NCBI GenBank assembly: GCA_041660745.1
Contig: JBAZVT010000001.1
Span: forward strand, 4,377 to 68,376
Reading direction: 5' to 3'
Origin: Minisyncoccota bacterium
GTDB taxonomy: Bacteria; Patescibacteriota; Minisyncoccia; Phycocordibacterales; JBAZVT01
DNA length: 64,000 bases
Below the pieces are notes generated by a model. It worked only from the letters and a program-made list of their open reading frames with translations, searched no databases and was not told the DNA's origin. Numbering within the stretch: the first letter of the stretch is position 1; each line of letters starts with the position of its first letter. Both the position numbers and the translations under genes were made by a program. This document shows, in pieces, positions 8,793 to 18,201 of this stretch.

Positions 8793-11635
8793 AGCCCACC
8801 CCGTTGTTTGGACAGTTGTTCGGCGACCATCAACACCGCCTCCAGTTCCGTGCAGCCGTGCTGGCGCATCAAGGCTGCACGCTGCGCCTTTTCCTCTTTC
8901 TCGGTCATGCCCAAGGCCAGGGCAATGGCGGGCGGGACATTCCTGAACAAGGCCGCCAAATGGTCGGTGAGCACCACGCCTTCGGTATATTGGCCGGGTG
9001 ACTTACGCGCGGCCAACAGCAAGGCGGTCTGCTCTTCGGTCAGCTGCCGGAAGCGGCTGACTTGTTCGATCTCGTCTTTCGGCATCACCAGGCATAACCA
9101 CCATTCCAACATGGTCAGCATACGCCGGCTGGCATCGGGGAAGTCTTCCAGGTTTTGCGTGGCGATCCAGAACCAGGCGCCCAATTTACGCCACATTTTG
9201 GTGATTTTGATGACATAAGGCGCCAACAGCGGGTTGCTGGTGATGATGTGGCCTTCATCGGTGATCACCAAGGTTGGGCGCAGGTCGGCCTGATGTTGCT
9301 CAACCCGGTTGTTGATGGTGTTCATCAGCCCGATATAGGCCACCGTCAGCTTATCTTGGTAACCTTCGCGGGCCAGCAAGCCTAAGTCGACAATGGTGGC
9401 ATCCACATCCGGCCAAGCTTGGCCGGGGCGGTTGAACAGCTGTGCCTCAAAACTGCCGGGGCTGCAAAACAAAGCCAGGGCATCGGCCATTTCCTCGGCC
9501 CGCTCATTGCCGCGCACCGTGTTGCGGACTTGTTTGCGCAATGCCTGCTCGACATCCTCTGTCAGCACTTGCCCCCGGCCAGCCGCCTTGACCGCCAGTG
9601 CGGCCTCATAGATGGCTGTCCGGATCACGCGCCGGTCAGCACGGTGCAGACGGCTCTCCTCGCGTGCTTCGCCACCGGTGATCATGATGCGCGCAGAAAT
9701 CTCCATTTCCCCGAGGATATCACGTCCGTTGTCGTCATCCTGGGGCTCGGTACCGGGCTCCGGGCTGTCATCACCATTGCCGGGGTCGTCATCAAGGTCC
9801 AGTTCACCGGCCAAGGCCAGGTCCAGCTTTTTGGCATCCAGCAATTTCAGGGCATCAGCAAATGGCGGCAGGCTGACATCGGCGCTGGGGGTGATACGCA
9901 CGGCATTGACCGTCAACGCCAAGGACTTCAGGTAGTCACCCAACAGGCCGAAGGAATTGCCCGACTCAATCAAGAAGATGCGCGGGCGGTACATCGCCAA
10001 CAGCGACAGGATCATATACACCAGGGTCGCCGATTTGCCTGACCCGGTCGGCCCGATCAGCAATAAATGGCCGTTCTTTTTACGGTCGTACAAATTCAGG
10101 GGGTCAAACAGCAAGGGCTCACCGCCCCGGTTAAAAAACAGCAGCCCGGGGTTGCCGGTGCCCACCGAGCGCCCATAAAACGGTGCCAGGCTGGCGATCT
10201 GTTTGCTGAACACATAGCGCGAGCGGTGCAACTGCTTGGTGTCAAAATGCGGGTCATAATTCATCGGCAGGTTCTGCAGGTAGCTGTCCAGGGGCGACAG
10301 GTCGTCCTGCACCCGGATCGGCTGCAGGTTGTTGCCCAGCAGCAAGGCATTGACGCTGTTGGTCTTGTGCTGGATGTCGTCAACGTCCACGCCGCGTAGG
10401 TACAGTGCCATCTGCAGGGGGTAGAGCTTGTTGCCGCGGGCCACGGCATGCTGTGCCAAATTGGCATCGTGGGCGGCAATCTGGGCGTCGGCATAATCGC
10501 CGAAGGCGGCCTTCTCGAGCTTGAGCAGATGGCTGCGCGTGCTGTCCTGCGGCTTCAGGGTGATAGTCAAGGCCAACACCGTGTGCTCAGGCATGCGGTC
10601 GAACAGGGCAAACACCTTGTCGTCATCGGCACGCTCATGTGTCATCAGCCCAAATGGTGGTGCTTGTTTCAAGTTTTGCAGGACTACCACCCGGTGCGGC
10701 AGGTTGTCAAACCACCACAGCCCTGCGCCGGGGTCGGCCACCGGCGGGGTGGCCAGCAGCTGTTCGCTAAAATCCCAACCATAAGGCTGGGCCTCCCCGT
10801 CCGTCGCCCCAGGGTAGCGCGACAAGCCCAGGTAGGCGTCGACATCCCCGCCGGTGGTTTCAGGGCAGGGGTTGAACCAGGGCAATAGCCAATCATGCAG
10901 GTCCTGGCCGGTGTAACGGCGCATCCTGATGCCGGTGGCTTCAAGGCCGGCGGCCAGGCGGGCATAGGTTTCCTGGGTTTCCTGCACCAGTTTGTCCAGG
11001 CTTTTCAGGTGCTCCGAGGTCAACCCCCGGCCACTGTTGGCATGCGGGCGGTATAAGGTGCCACGCACCTTGCGCTCCTTGCCCTGCCAGCTGGCGCCGG
11101 TGACCAGGCGGTCGACAAACAGGCCGCCCGGGCGTGACACCTCCTGCAAATGGTTGTCCATAACCTTGAGCCAGGCCTCGGTAAAGGCGGTGCCCTTGGC
11201 GGCCGGTTGGGCATACTTGGCCAAGTCCTGGCCAAAGCGTTCCAGGCGGGGCTCATCCTGCACATACAATTGCAGGACCCAGGGCTCATCGTGTTCCGGG
11301 ATGGCCGAACTGAGCACGGTCTGCAGCTGGTCGCGCAGCTTCATGAGCCAGTTGGCCGGCCGCGCTTCGGTGCTTACCGGGCGCAGTTCAAAGGCTACGC
11401 CCACGCTGCGGCCATCGGCCAACAGCATGAGTTGCTGTTGTTCGTCAAACTCCAGCCAGGGCAGGTAATTGGTGAATGAGGGCGGACGCTCGTAAAGCTG
11501 GCGCATTTGCGCCTCGGTGACCGGGCGGTCGCTGCGGCGGCGGCCATAAGCCTGCTTGGCCGTGGCGGCCTCGGCCTGGCCGTTGCTGTCTTGGGGTTTT
11601 GTGGCTTTGCCACCAAAAAACGGCATGGCCATCAC
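8789..11635 (-). CDS. Conjugative transfer ATPase, VirB4/TraC-like (TIGR03744)
   Basis: Walker A GPTGSGKS, Walker B ITDEGH, KMWRKLGAWFWIATQN; 948 aa. Confidence 0.95.
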   Translation of the reverse strand: MMAMPFFGGKATKPQDSNGQAEAATAKQAYGRRRSDRPVTEAQMRQLYERPPSFTNYLPWLEFDEQQQLMLLADGRSVGVAFELRPVSTEARPANWLMKLRDQLQTVLSSAIPEHDEPWVLQLYVQDEPRLERFGQDLAKYAQPAAKGTAFTEAWLKVMDNHLQEVSRPGGLFVDRLVTGASWQGKERKVRGTLYRPHANSGRGLTSEHLKSLDKLVQETQETYARLAAGLEATGIRMRRYTGQDLHDWLLPWFNPCPETTGGDVDAYLGLSRYPGATDGEAQPYGWDFSEQLLATPPVADPGAGLWWFDNLPHRVVVLQNLKQAPPFGLMTHERADDDKVFALFDRMPEHTVLALTITLKPQDSTRSHLLKLEKAAFGDYADAQIAAHDANLAQHAVARGNKLYPLQMALYLRGVDVDDIQHKTNSVNALLLGNNLQPIRVQDDLSPLDSYLQNLPMNYDPHFDTKQLHRSRYVFSKQIASLAPFYGRSVGTGNPGLLFFNRGGEPLLFDPLNLYDRKKNGHLLLIGPTGSGKSATLVYMILSLLAMYRPRIFLIESGNSFGLLGDYLKSLALTVNAVRITPSADVSLPPFADALKLLDAKKLDLALAGELDLDDDPGNGDDSPEPGTEPQDDDNGRDILGEMEISARIMITGGEAREESRLHRADRRVIRTAIYEAALAVKAAGRGQVLTEDVEQALRKQVRNTVRGNERAEEMADALALFCSPGSFEAQLFNRPGQAWPDVDATIVDLGLLAREGYQDKLTVAYIGLMNTINNRVEQHQADLRPTLVITDEGHIITSNPLLAPYVIKITKMWRKLGAWFWIATQNLEDFPDASRRMLTMLEWWLCLVMPKDEIEQVSRFRQLTEEQTALLLAARKSPGQYTEGVVLTDHLAALFRNVPPAIALALGMTEKEEKAQRAALMRQHGCTELEAVLMVAEQLSKQRGGL

Positions 11636-12081
11636 TCACCGCCTTCGGCTTCACCGGGCAAAGCATATTCGGCTTTCTCATACATCGGGAAACTGGTGGC
11701 ATAACCCGGCACTGGCCGTCGGCCTGCGGCCAAATGCGGGAACACATACATGACCAGGGCCGGGTTCGGCAGGCGCGGGAACAAGGCCTCAGTCTCGTTG
11801 TCGGCGGCACGGCTATAACCGGCCAGGTTGCCGGTGCTGAAGCCTGGCCCGCCAGCGCCGACTTGGGCACGGGCGGCGGGCAGGCTGGCCTGGTTGCGCT
11901 GAAAATGCGCGGCATAAATGTCCTGGATGGAGGCACCTTCCTGGGGCAGGATCGACTCCTTGTCCCCCAACAGGCTGCAGCCCGGCAAGGCCAGCAGGCA
12001 CAGCAGGTAAAGCCCAGGCCGGCCTGGGTCAGTCCAATGGGCTGGTGCTGGCGGGGCTGGGGATTTTAGGTTTGCGTGCAT
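11632..12081 (-). CDS. Conjugative transfer lipoprotein TIGR03751-like
   Basis: Lipobox LPGC; FPRLPNPALVMYVFPHL and PVPGYATSFPMYEKAEYALPGE. Confidence 0.9.
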   Translation of the reverse strand: MHANLKSPAPPAPAHWTDPGRPGLYLLCLLALPGCSLLGDKESILPQEGASIQDIYAAHFQRNQASLPAARAQVGAGGPGFSTGNLAGYSRAADNETEALFPRLPNPALVMYVFPHLAAGRRPVPGYATSFPMYEKAEYALPGEAEGGE

Positions 12082-13549
12082 AGGTTAATTTCCTGCCGTT
12101 AGGCTCAAGGTCGATGGGGAGTTCGCGGTCGATATGCAGCACAATTTCAGCGCCGCTGTCGACAAACACGACATCATAATTTTGGGTTTGCCGGTCGGCG
12201 ATGGCCTGTGCTAGCTCATCGGCGCCACCGGCGGCCAGTGAGCCTAAGGCGAACTGGTTGGCATTGCCGGTGACGCCACTGGTGACCCCGCCGGTCAACG
12301 GCGAACTGGTGACCGTGGCCTGTGAGCGGGCGTAGGCGGCACCGGCCGCACCGATGGCACGGGCTAGGAAGCGCCCGCCCAGGTATTGCACGGCATTGGA
12401 AATCCGGCTGCCGGTGACACACGGGATACCGCGCCGGTCCGAGATAAAGCCTAAGGACGGCACACTTTGCCCGCCCCTGCCTTGCCCGTTGGCGGTGCCA
12501 GTATTGCTGGCCTGGCCGCTGCCTTGGGTGCTGGGGTTTTGCCCGACCGCCAAGGCGCTGTCACGGCTTTTATTGGCCAGGCTTTGGTCATCCGACGACA
12601 AGGTGCGGATGGTGCCGTCTTCAAACACAAAGGTCACCGAATGTACCGTGCCGCGCACGCAGGACAGTGCCCAGTCACCTAGAGCCGTACCGGAAAAGAC
12701 CATGCCGTCCAGGCCCGGGATGTCCAGGCCATTGGCGGCCAAATTATCGCTGCCGACGATGACCTTAAACGGGAATGGATCATCGACATTGCCTTTGATT
12801 GGGATGCGCCCGACCAATGCGGTCAGGCCGGTGCTGCCCAACAGGGTGGCGTTGCGCGGCACGGTATAGACTGGCTCCGGTAAGTTGGCGCTGTTAGCGG
12901 CACCAGCCTGACCGGAACCTGCGGGCAGGCCACCTGGGAGATGGCTGGCCAGCACGGAATTGTCGGCTAACCCGTGCAGCACGCCGCCGTTGGGGGCCTC
13001 GAACGGCAGCGATAATTTGTCCTTCAGCCCGGACACCTTGCTGCCAAATTGCGCCAGCAGGCTGGTGTTGTTTATCGGCTCGATGATGATGTTGCCGGGT
13101 TGGCCCTGCCCGCTGGCCTCGGGGTCGACGGCATTGCCAGCCAAGCCGTTGCTGTTGGCGGCGCCGGTGGCATTGAGGCGTTGCCCAAGCTCATCCATAC
13201 GCTGGAAAATGGTGGCCAAGGCCGGTGCCTGCTGTGCTTGTACGGTTTTGTCCAGGTCGCGGCGCACTTGGTCGGCGATCTCAAGGCTCATGCTGTCCTT
13301 TTTGAGCTGTGCCGCCTCATTGGCGGTGCGCAGGCGTTCCGCTTCCAGTTTCATATCGGCGACCTGGGCGGTCAGTGCCCTGAGCGTGTCGGCCGGGCCA
13401 TCGGCATCAGCCACCGCCGTGGCCGGTGCCAGCGTTTGCGCGGTGGCCTCCACGGACGGTTTGGTGCAGGCTTTGACGCCGACCACCAGGGCGATCACCA
13501 ACAGCAGGATGCCGAGTACCGGCAGTAACTTGTTGGCGTTAAAATCCAT
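12029..13549 (-). CDS. ICE protein TIGR03752 (VirB10-like)
   Basis: ADGPADTLRAL, YTVPRNATLLGS..TALVGRIP and GDWALSCVRG; ATG at 13549. Confidence 0.9.
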   Translation of the reverse strand: MDFNANKLLPVLGILLLVIALVVGVKACTKPSVEATAQTLAPATAVADADGPADTLRALTAQVADMKLEAERLRTANEAAQLKKDSMSLEIADQVRRDLDKTVQAQQAPALATIFQRMDELGQRLNATGAANSNGLAGNAVDPEASGQGQPGNIIIEPINNTSLLAQFGSKVSGLKDKLSLPFEAPNGGVLHGLADNSVLASHLPGGLPAGSGQAGAANSANLPEPVYTVPRNATLLGSTGLTALVGRIPIKGNVDDPFPFKVIVGSDNLAANGLDIPGLDGMVFSGTALGDWALSCVRGTVHSVTFVFEDGTIRTLSSDDQSLANKSRDSALAVGQNPSTQGSGQASNTGTANGQGRGGQSVPSLGFISDRRGIPCVTGSRISNAVQYLGGRFLARAIGAAGAAYARSQATVTSSPLTGGVTSGVTGNANQFALGSLAAGGADELAQAIADRQTQNYDVVFVDSGAEIVLHIDRELPIDLEPNGRKLTYARKPKIPSPASTSPLD

Positions 13550-14396
13550 GCAGGCTGTCCTCAAACGGTTGCTGGCTGATCAGGTAGGCGGCGGTGGTGT
13601 CGCGTGGCTGGCCTTGGGGCTTGAGCAAATTATGCTGGAAACAGGCGCTCAGCCAGCGCCCGCGCAAAGTCCTGGGGTCAAGCACCAGCTCGGCCGAGGA
13701 CTGGTTGACCAGTTTTACCGCGGTGATGTACAGCCCCCCTGAACGCCAGGCGGCGATGGCGCTGGCGGTAACCGGGATATTGTGGAACAGGTCACCGGTC
13801 GGGCTGCTGTGCACGCCTGCCGGATACACGCCAGCGGGCAAGGCCAGCAGGCGTGCCGGGGCATACAGTTGTTGGGCGGCCATTTGTGTCAGGCTGGTGT
13901 AATCCGGTGCTGGCGGTACGGTTGCCACCTGTGCTGGGCTGGGCGGGGGCACGGCCTCGGGCTTAGCTGCCCCGGCGGTGGGGACGCCCACGGCAATACG
14001 GGTGCTGTCTTTGAATTCGGGGGAGGCAACCAAGTCCAGCAAATACACGTTGCCGTTGTTAAGGTCATGGACTTGCACGCGTTGTTTGTCAAAAGCCGCC
14101 AAGGCCAGCCAATAAATCGTGCCGGCACCGGCATCCACCACGATTTGGCTGCGCAGCACGCTGGCATTGAGCCCGGGCGGCAGTTCCGCGCGCACTGGCG
14201 TGTCAAACACCACCAGGCGTTCCTGGTTGACCGGCAGTTGGATTTCGATCGGCTGTTTGTCCCAAACCCGGTGCTCCACCGGCGCTGCCGGGGGGCTGAA
14301 GCCAGCCGGCAAGGCGGCCGCCTTGGGTGTAGGCCCTGGCCAGGCCAGGGCCGGCACTAACAGTAACAGGGCAGCTGCCCAGTATGGCGTCATCAT
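13539..14396 (-). CDS. ICE protein TIGR03749 (DUF3438)-like
   Basis: WDKQPIEIQLPVNQERLVVF, AAQQLYAPARL and LDPRTLRGRW..CFQH. Confidence 0.9.
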   Translation of the reverse strand: MMTPYWAAALLLLVPALAWPGPTPKAAALPAGFSPPAAPVEHRVWDKQPIEIQLPVNQERLVVFDTPVRAELPPGLNASVLRSQIVVDAGAGTIYWLALAAFDKQRVQVHDLNNGNVYLLDLVASPEFKDSTRIAVGVPTAGAAKPEAVPPPSPAQVATVPPAPDYTSLTQMAAQQLYAPARLLALPAGVYPAGVHSSPTGDLFHNIPVTASAIAAWRSGGLYITAVKLVNQSSAELVLDPRTLRGRWLSACFQHNLLKPQGQPRDTTAAYLISQQPFEDSLHGF

Positions 14397-14398
14397 GG

Positions 14399-15094
14399 TT
14401 ACTCCAAGCTCGTTGTTGCTTTGGCCGGGTTGGCCGCGGTATCGGGTTCGGCAAGCAGGCGGCTAGGCCCTGGCGGGTCATAGCCGTCCAAGGCCAAACC
14501 CCATTCGTTAAGGTTGGCGTCGACGTCATAGCTGACTACCCTGAGCGGGTAGCTGACATTAATGGATTTGACCGTGGCGCTTTTGACCGTCTCATCGATA
14601 TGCAGGTCCAGCAGTACCGTCCAGCTGCCGCCGCCATGTACCAGCACCCGTCCAGGTGCGTAGTTGTGGCCGGGCACCGGCATCATGGTGCGCCCGCGGC
14701 CGGTGAGCTCATCAACGGAGACGCCGCCGTTGTCGATCGGTGACTTGATCCGGTGTTTTGAGTCATCCACCAGCTGGGCATAATAGCGCGGCGTCAGGTA
14801 GGGCTTGACGCTCTCTATGGCTTTAGGGTAATCCTGGGCACCGTCGGCTTGCCAGTGATTGATGACCTGGATGATGGACAGGGCAAAGGCATAAATGTCG
14901 GCAGGCTTAGGGTCGTTGGGCCGGACCACGGCGCCTTGGCGCAAATCCGGCGGCAGATGGATGCGGATGCCTGACCTGGCCCTGTCCCAGCCGAAGGCCA
15001 GGGCCAGGCAGACCAGCAGCAGGGCGGCAATCACCCAGCGTAAGGTGGTGATATGGTCATCCAGGTTGTAAAGTTGGTTGCGTTTGCTGGGCAT
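14399..15094 (-). CDS. ICE protein TIGR03746 (DUF2895)-like
   Basis: HITTLR, IHLPPDLRQG and YPLRVVSYDVDANLNEWGLALDGY; ATG at 15094. Confidence 0.9.
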   Translation of the reverse strand: MPSKRNQLYNLDDHITTLRWVIAALLLVCLALAFGWDRARSGIRIHLPPDLRQGAVVRPNDPKPADIYAFALSIIQVINHWQADGAQDYPKAIESVKPYLTPRYYAQLVDDSKHRIKSPIDNGGVSVDELTGRGRTMMPVPGHNYAPGRVLVHGGGSWTVLLDLHIDETVKSATVKSINVSYPLRVVSYDVDANLNEWGLALDGYDPPGPSRLLAEPDTAANPAKATTSLE

Positions 15095-15099
15095 GTGGC

Positions 15100-15474
15100 T
15101 TAACCCGGTGCTTGCCAGGTCCGGCCTAGGTGCATCCTGCCCTTGAACAGGAGCAGGCCACTGTCGCAAAGGTGCAACCGCTGCAAGAGCAGGTTCATCC
15201 TAGCCTGGTAATAAAAGTCCGGCTTGCCGCGCTTAAGCCGCTGCAGCAGCTTGCCGCCGCCCGCGACCAGGGCGATGGCAAACAGCAGGCCACCACCCAG
15301 CAAGGCCATGCCCTTATTGAGCAGCAATCCGATGGTGCAGGCCAACGGGAACGACACCAAACAGGCCACTTTGATGGCCAGCATCAGCTCACTGTCGGTA
15401 TAGCCCATGAACACCACTGGCTCCTGGTTCAGGCGCTCGGCCAGCAAGTCGTCATCGTCAGCGCCGGACATCAT
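15100..15474 (-). CDS. Conjugal transfer protein TIGR03750 (DUF3487)-like
   Basis: RLNQEPVVFMGYTDSEL, two TM helices and RLKRGKPD. Confidence 0.88.
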   Translation of the reverse strand: MMSGADDDDLLAERLNQEPVVFMGYTDSELMLAIKVACLVSFPLACTIGLLLNKGMALLGGGLLFAIALVAGGGKLLQRLKRGKPDFYYQARMNLLLQRLHLCDSGLLLFKGRMHLGRTWQAPG

Positions 15475-15839
15475 ATGATGTTAGAGGCTTGGGTTGCCAA
15501 AAACACCACGAGCAACAGCACGGCACCGCCGGACACGATGCCGACGGCCAGTTGCCCGATCTCCTTGCGGCCGGTGCGCACTTCGTGCAGGTCTTGCAGG
15601 ACATGCGAGGCGATCCAGAACAGGCCGCCGGCACTCAGCAGCAGGCCGAGCACGACGGCGGCATCGCGAGCATAACCTTGGAAACTATTCAGGTAACTGC
15701 TGTTGACCGCACCGCCGTTAGGCGGGGTGACAATTGGTAAGGCGGCCAAGGCCGGGTGGCTGGACAGCATCAGGCAAGCTAAGGCCAAGCCAATGTGGGA
15801 CAGGGATATGTGGTGGTTGTTGATCTTGGGCATATGCAT
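15471..15839 (-). CDS. ICE membrane protein TIGR03745 (DUF2976, pilin-like)
   Basis: Signal peptide ending ALA-ALP, then two TM helices separated by HEVRTGRK. Confidence 0.85.
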   Translation of the reverse strand: MHMPKINNHHISLSHIGLALACLMLSSHPALAALPIVTPPNGGAVNSSYLNSFQGYARDAAVVLGLLLSAGGLFWIASHVLQDLHEVRTGRKEIGQLAVGIVSGGAVLLLVVFLATQASNII

Positions 15840-15860
15840 ATTAACTCCGGGTAGGGTTGT

Positions 15861-16181
15861 TTATTGGCGGTAATCGCCAGATAAGGGTTCGAACTTGCGC
15901 GGTTCCGTGCTGGGTGCTATGAGATACTCACGCAGGCCTTGTTTGATGCGCTCCAGGTCCTGCTCCAGCCAGCTATAGTTGAGCCGGATACGGGTGTCGG
16001 CCAGGGCTTTGTCCTGGGCGTCACGGACTAACGGCGCCAAGGCGTCCAGCTCATGGATAAGCCGGGCCAGGGCGGCCTTCTCTGCATCGTTGCTGGCCGC
16101 CAAGGCTGGCAACGCCAGGCTGCACAGCAACAAGGCCAGTGGGTATTTAAGCAAGGGTGTCATCGTCATCGCGCTCCTCAT
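15861..16181 (-). CDS. RAQPRD family ICE protein (TIGR01690-like)
   Basis: C-terminus YSWLEQDLERIKQGLREYL..STEPRKFEPLSGDY; signal peptide. Confidence 0.85.
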   Translation of the reverse strand: MRSAMTMTPLLKYPLALLLCSLALPALAASNDAEKAALARLIHELDALAPLVRDAQDKALADTRIRLNYSWLEQDLERIKQGLREYLIAPSTEPRKFEPLSGDYRQ

Positions 16182-16280
16182 GGGTTTTGGGCACCGGCTA
16201 GGCCCTGGGTTAAAACAGAGGGGGGGATGGGCTTTGCCGGTGCGTGACCATGATTAAAAAATCACCGGCGCAATGCAAGG

Positions 16281-16312
16281 ATCAACCGTCTACCCATTGC
16301 ATGCGATTAAAT
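16281..16312 (-). promoter_or_regulatory. Conserved 32-bp upstream motif, copy 1 (putative activator site)
   Basis: ATCAACCGTCTACCCATTGCATGCGATTAAAT; 30/32 identical to 24467-24498; lies upstream of the RAQPRD operon. Confidence 0.8.
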
Positions 16313-16551
16313 ACAAACCCGGGTAAAGGCTATAAGGTGTTGTTATTATTTTGTTATTTAGGGGATTTGAAAAGCTATGCGGGGTTTAGGTTAGGATGGG
16401 GTGGTCTTCTACATGGTCACCTATTTCTGGGGGTTATCTTTTTACAGGGCTTTAAACGGGGATTAGAATTAAAGAATGTTGGCAGTACATAAACAAAATG
16501 GGGTGACGAGCCAATTAGCCAATAGTTTTTTTCGTTAGCCATTTATGTGAG

Positions 16552-17286
16552 TTATTGAGCGATGGGCATGTCATCCCAAACACGACCATGTAACTCCCGG
16601 CCATTCTCTTTTTTGGCCCGTTTTTTTCCGTCAGCACCCCAACCACCCCATTGTTTGAAAAAAAAGGCGACATTTTTCTCTTCACATTGTAATCTAATTT
16701 CGTCTACCCATTCTTTTTGCATGGGCCGTGCTTTGGGGCCAGATTCACCACCAACAATTACCCAATGTATTCCAGTTAGGTCGATGTTCCCCAAATTTTC
16801 AAGCAATGGTTCAACTGATAAAAAGCGTACACTGGCATTCACCAGACGTAAGCTATCTATTCTAGGAAGCCCAAAAGTGAGATCTTCAACAGAAACCCCA
16901 AGCCATACATTTTTCGGGCATTCCCTATTTGAAAAAAAGCGGGGTAATCTTTCTGCCCTTTTAGTGAGAATTTGGTACGTGTGTTGTGGCGTTTTATGTA
17001 TTACAGAAAAGACTTCATCTAAAAAGCTGTCAGGGATGTCATCATGAAACAAATCACTCATGGAGTTGACGAAATAGATGGTCGGTTTTTTTCTTTTTAG
17101 TGGTTGGGTTAGCCTGTAACTATGGATTGCGAGTTGGAAACCATTTGCATATCCCCGCGCGTCCATTGCTTTGAGCCTGATTGCCATTGTTTCTGCATAA
17201 CAATGCTTACAACCGGGTGATATTTTTGTACACCCTGTCGTAGGGTTCCACGTTTGTTCAGTCCATTCTATATTTGACATGTTCAT
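16552..17286 (-). CDS. DUF5131 / phage Gp37-Gp68 family protein
   Basis: IEWTEQTWNPTTGCTKISPGCKHCYAE, FVNSMSDLFH, FLSVEPLL, WVIVGGESG and FFKQWGG; AT-richer than its neighbours. Confidence 0.92.
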   Translation of the reverse strand: MNMSNIEWTEQTWNPTTGCTKISPGCKHCYAETMAIRLKAMDARGYANGFQLAIHSYRLTQPLKRKKPTIYFVNSMSDLFHDDIPDSFLDEVFSVIHKTPQHTYQILTKRAERLPRFFSNRECPKNVWLGVSVEDLTFGLPRIDSLRLVNASVRFLSVEPLLENLGNIDLTGIHWVIVGGESGPKARPMQKEWVDEIRLQCEEKNVAFFFKQWGGWGADGKKRAKKENGRELHGRVWDDMPIAQ

Positions 17287-17433
17287 AGAGTCTCGTTTAT
17301 TTACGCCTTTGCAGCTGTTTTACATCACTGAACCTTTCAAAAATTAAGATCAAGGCCATCCCCTAAAATTATTAATGCTCAAAAAAGCTTGTTTAAATGA
17401 CTTAAAAATACCATTGTAGCCATCCATAATGGG

Positions 17434-18201
17434 CTAAAAATACTTCTTAAAGGTTGACGTGGTGACTGCGACAACAATGCCGACAAACAGCGCAAAGGGC
17501 AGGATGATCAGGTAGGGGTGTACAGTATCCGGCCAGGCCAGGTAAATGATCCAGGGCAGCGTCAACCCCGGCGCTACCAGGCTTTTCGCCAGATGGTAGC
17601 GCTGGCCTAGTTCACGCCCGCCCCGCCAGCGGTTAAGGTCACGCTGGACGATGCCGTCGATGGCCCCCACCAAGCCGGCCAGGACAAACACCGGGATGGA
17701 TAGGAACAGCACGGTTAAGCGTAAGGCATACACCTGGGTGGCAAACATCCCCGCCAACAGGTATTCATAGGTGCCATCAAGCACTTGGCCACTGAGCTTT
17801 TGGTATAAATTGGCCGGCGCCTTGGCGGCGGCACGCTTTTCCCGCTGCTGCCCCAGCATGGCCAGGCCGGTGGTGATGCCGGTCTTCACAAATAGGTTGG
17901 TATGCAGCCCGGCCGCGACACTGAGCGCCAATTCGGTGGGTTGGTGGCTGACGACACTGTCCTTAAGGTCCTGTTGCAGGTAGCTGACCTCCTTTTCCAA
18001 TAGCCGTTGGCTGTGCGCAGGCCCCTCGTGTGGCCAGATAAAGCTCATGCACAAGCATTCCACCACAATATTGCCAAATAAGCCGACCACCAGCCAAAAT
18101 GCAAACCCCAGCAGGCCGAACAATAAGGTGGCCACCGGCCCCCGTTTGACCGCAACCGGTGCCCCGCCACGGCTCGGGGTCTGGATGACTGAATCAGCCA
18201 T
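17434..18201 (-). CDS. ICE membrane protein TIGR03747 (DUF4400)-like
   Basis: HSQRLLEKE and DGIVQRDLNRWRGGRE motifs, C-terminal FKKYF; ATG at 18201 overlaps the traD stop. Confidence 0.88.
   Translation of the reverse strand: MADSVIQTPSRGGAPVAVKRGPVATLLFGLLGFAFWLVVGLFGNIVVECLCMSFIWPHEGPAHSQRLLEKEVSYLQQDLKDSVVSHQPTELALSVAAGLHTNLFVKTGITTGLAMLGQQREKRAAAKAPANLYQKLSGQVLDGTYEYLLAGMFATQVYALRLTVLFLSIPVFVLAGLVGAIDGIVQRDLNRWRGGRELGQRYHLAKSLVAPGLTLPWIIYLAWPDTVHPYLIILPFALFVGIVVAVTTSTFKKYF

Noticed and set aside
16244-16492. 82-aa + strand ORF
   Set aside because: Overlaps the conserved promoter motif; no recognisable features.
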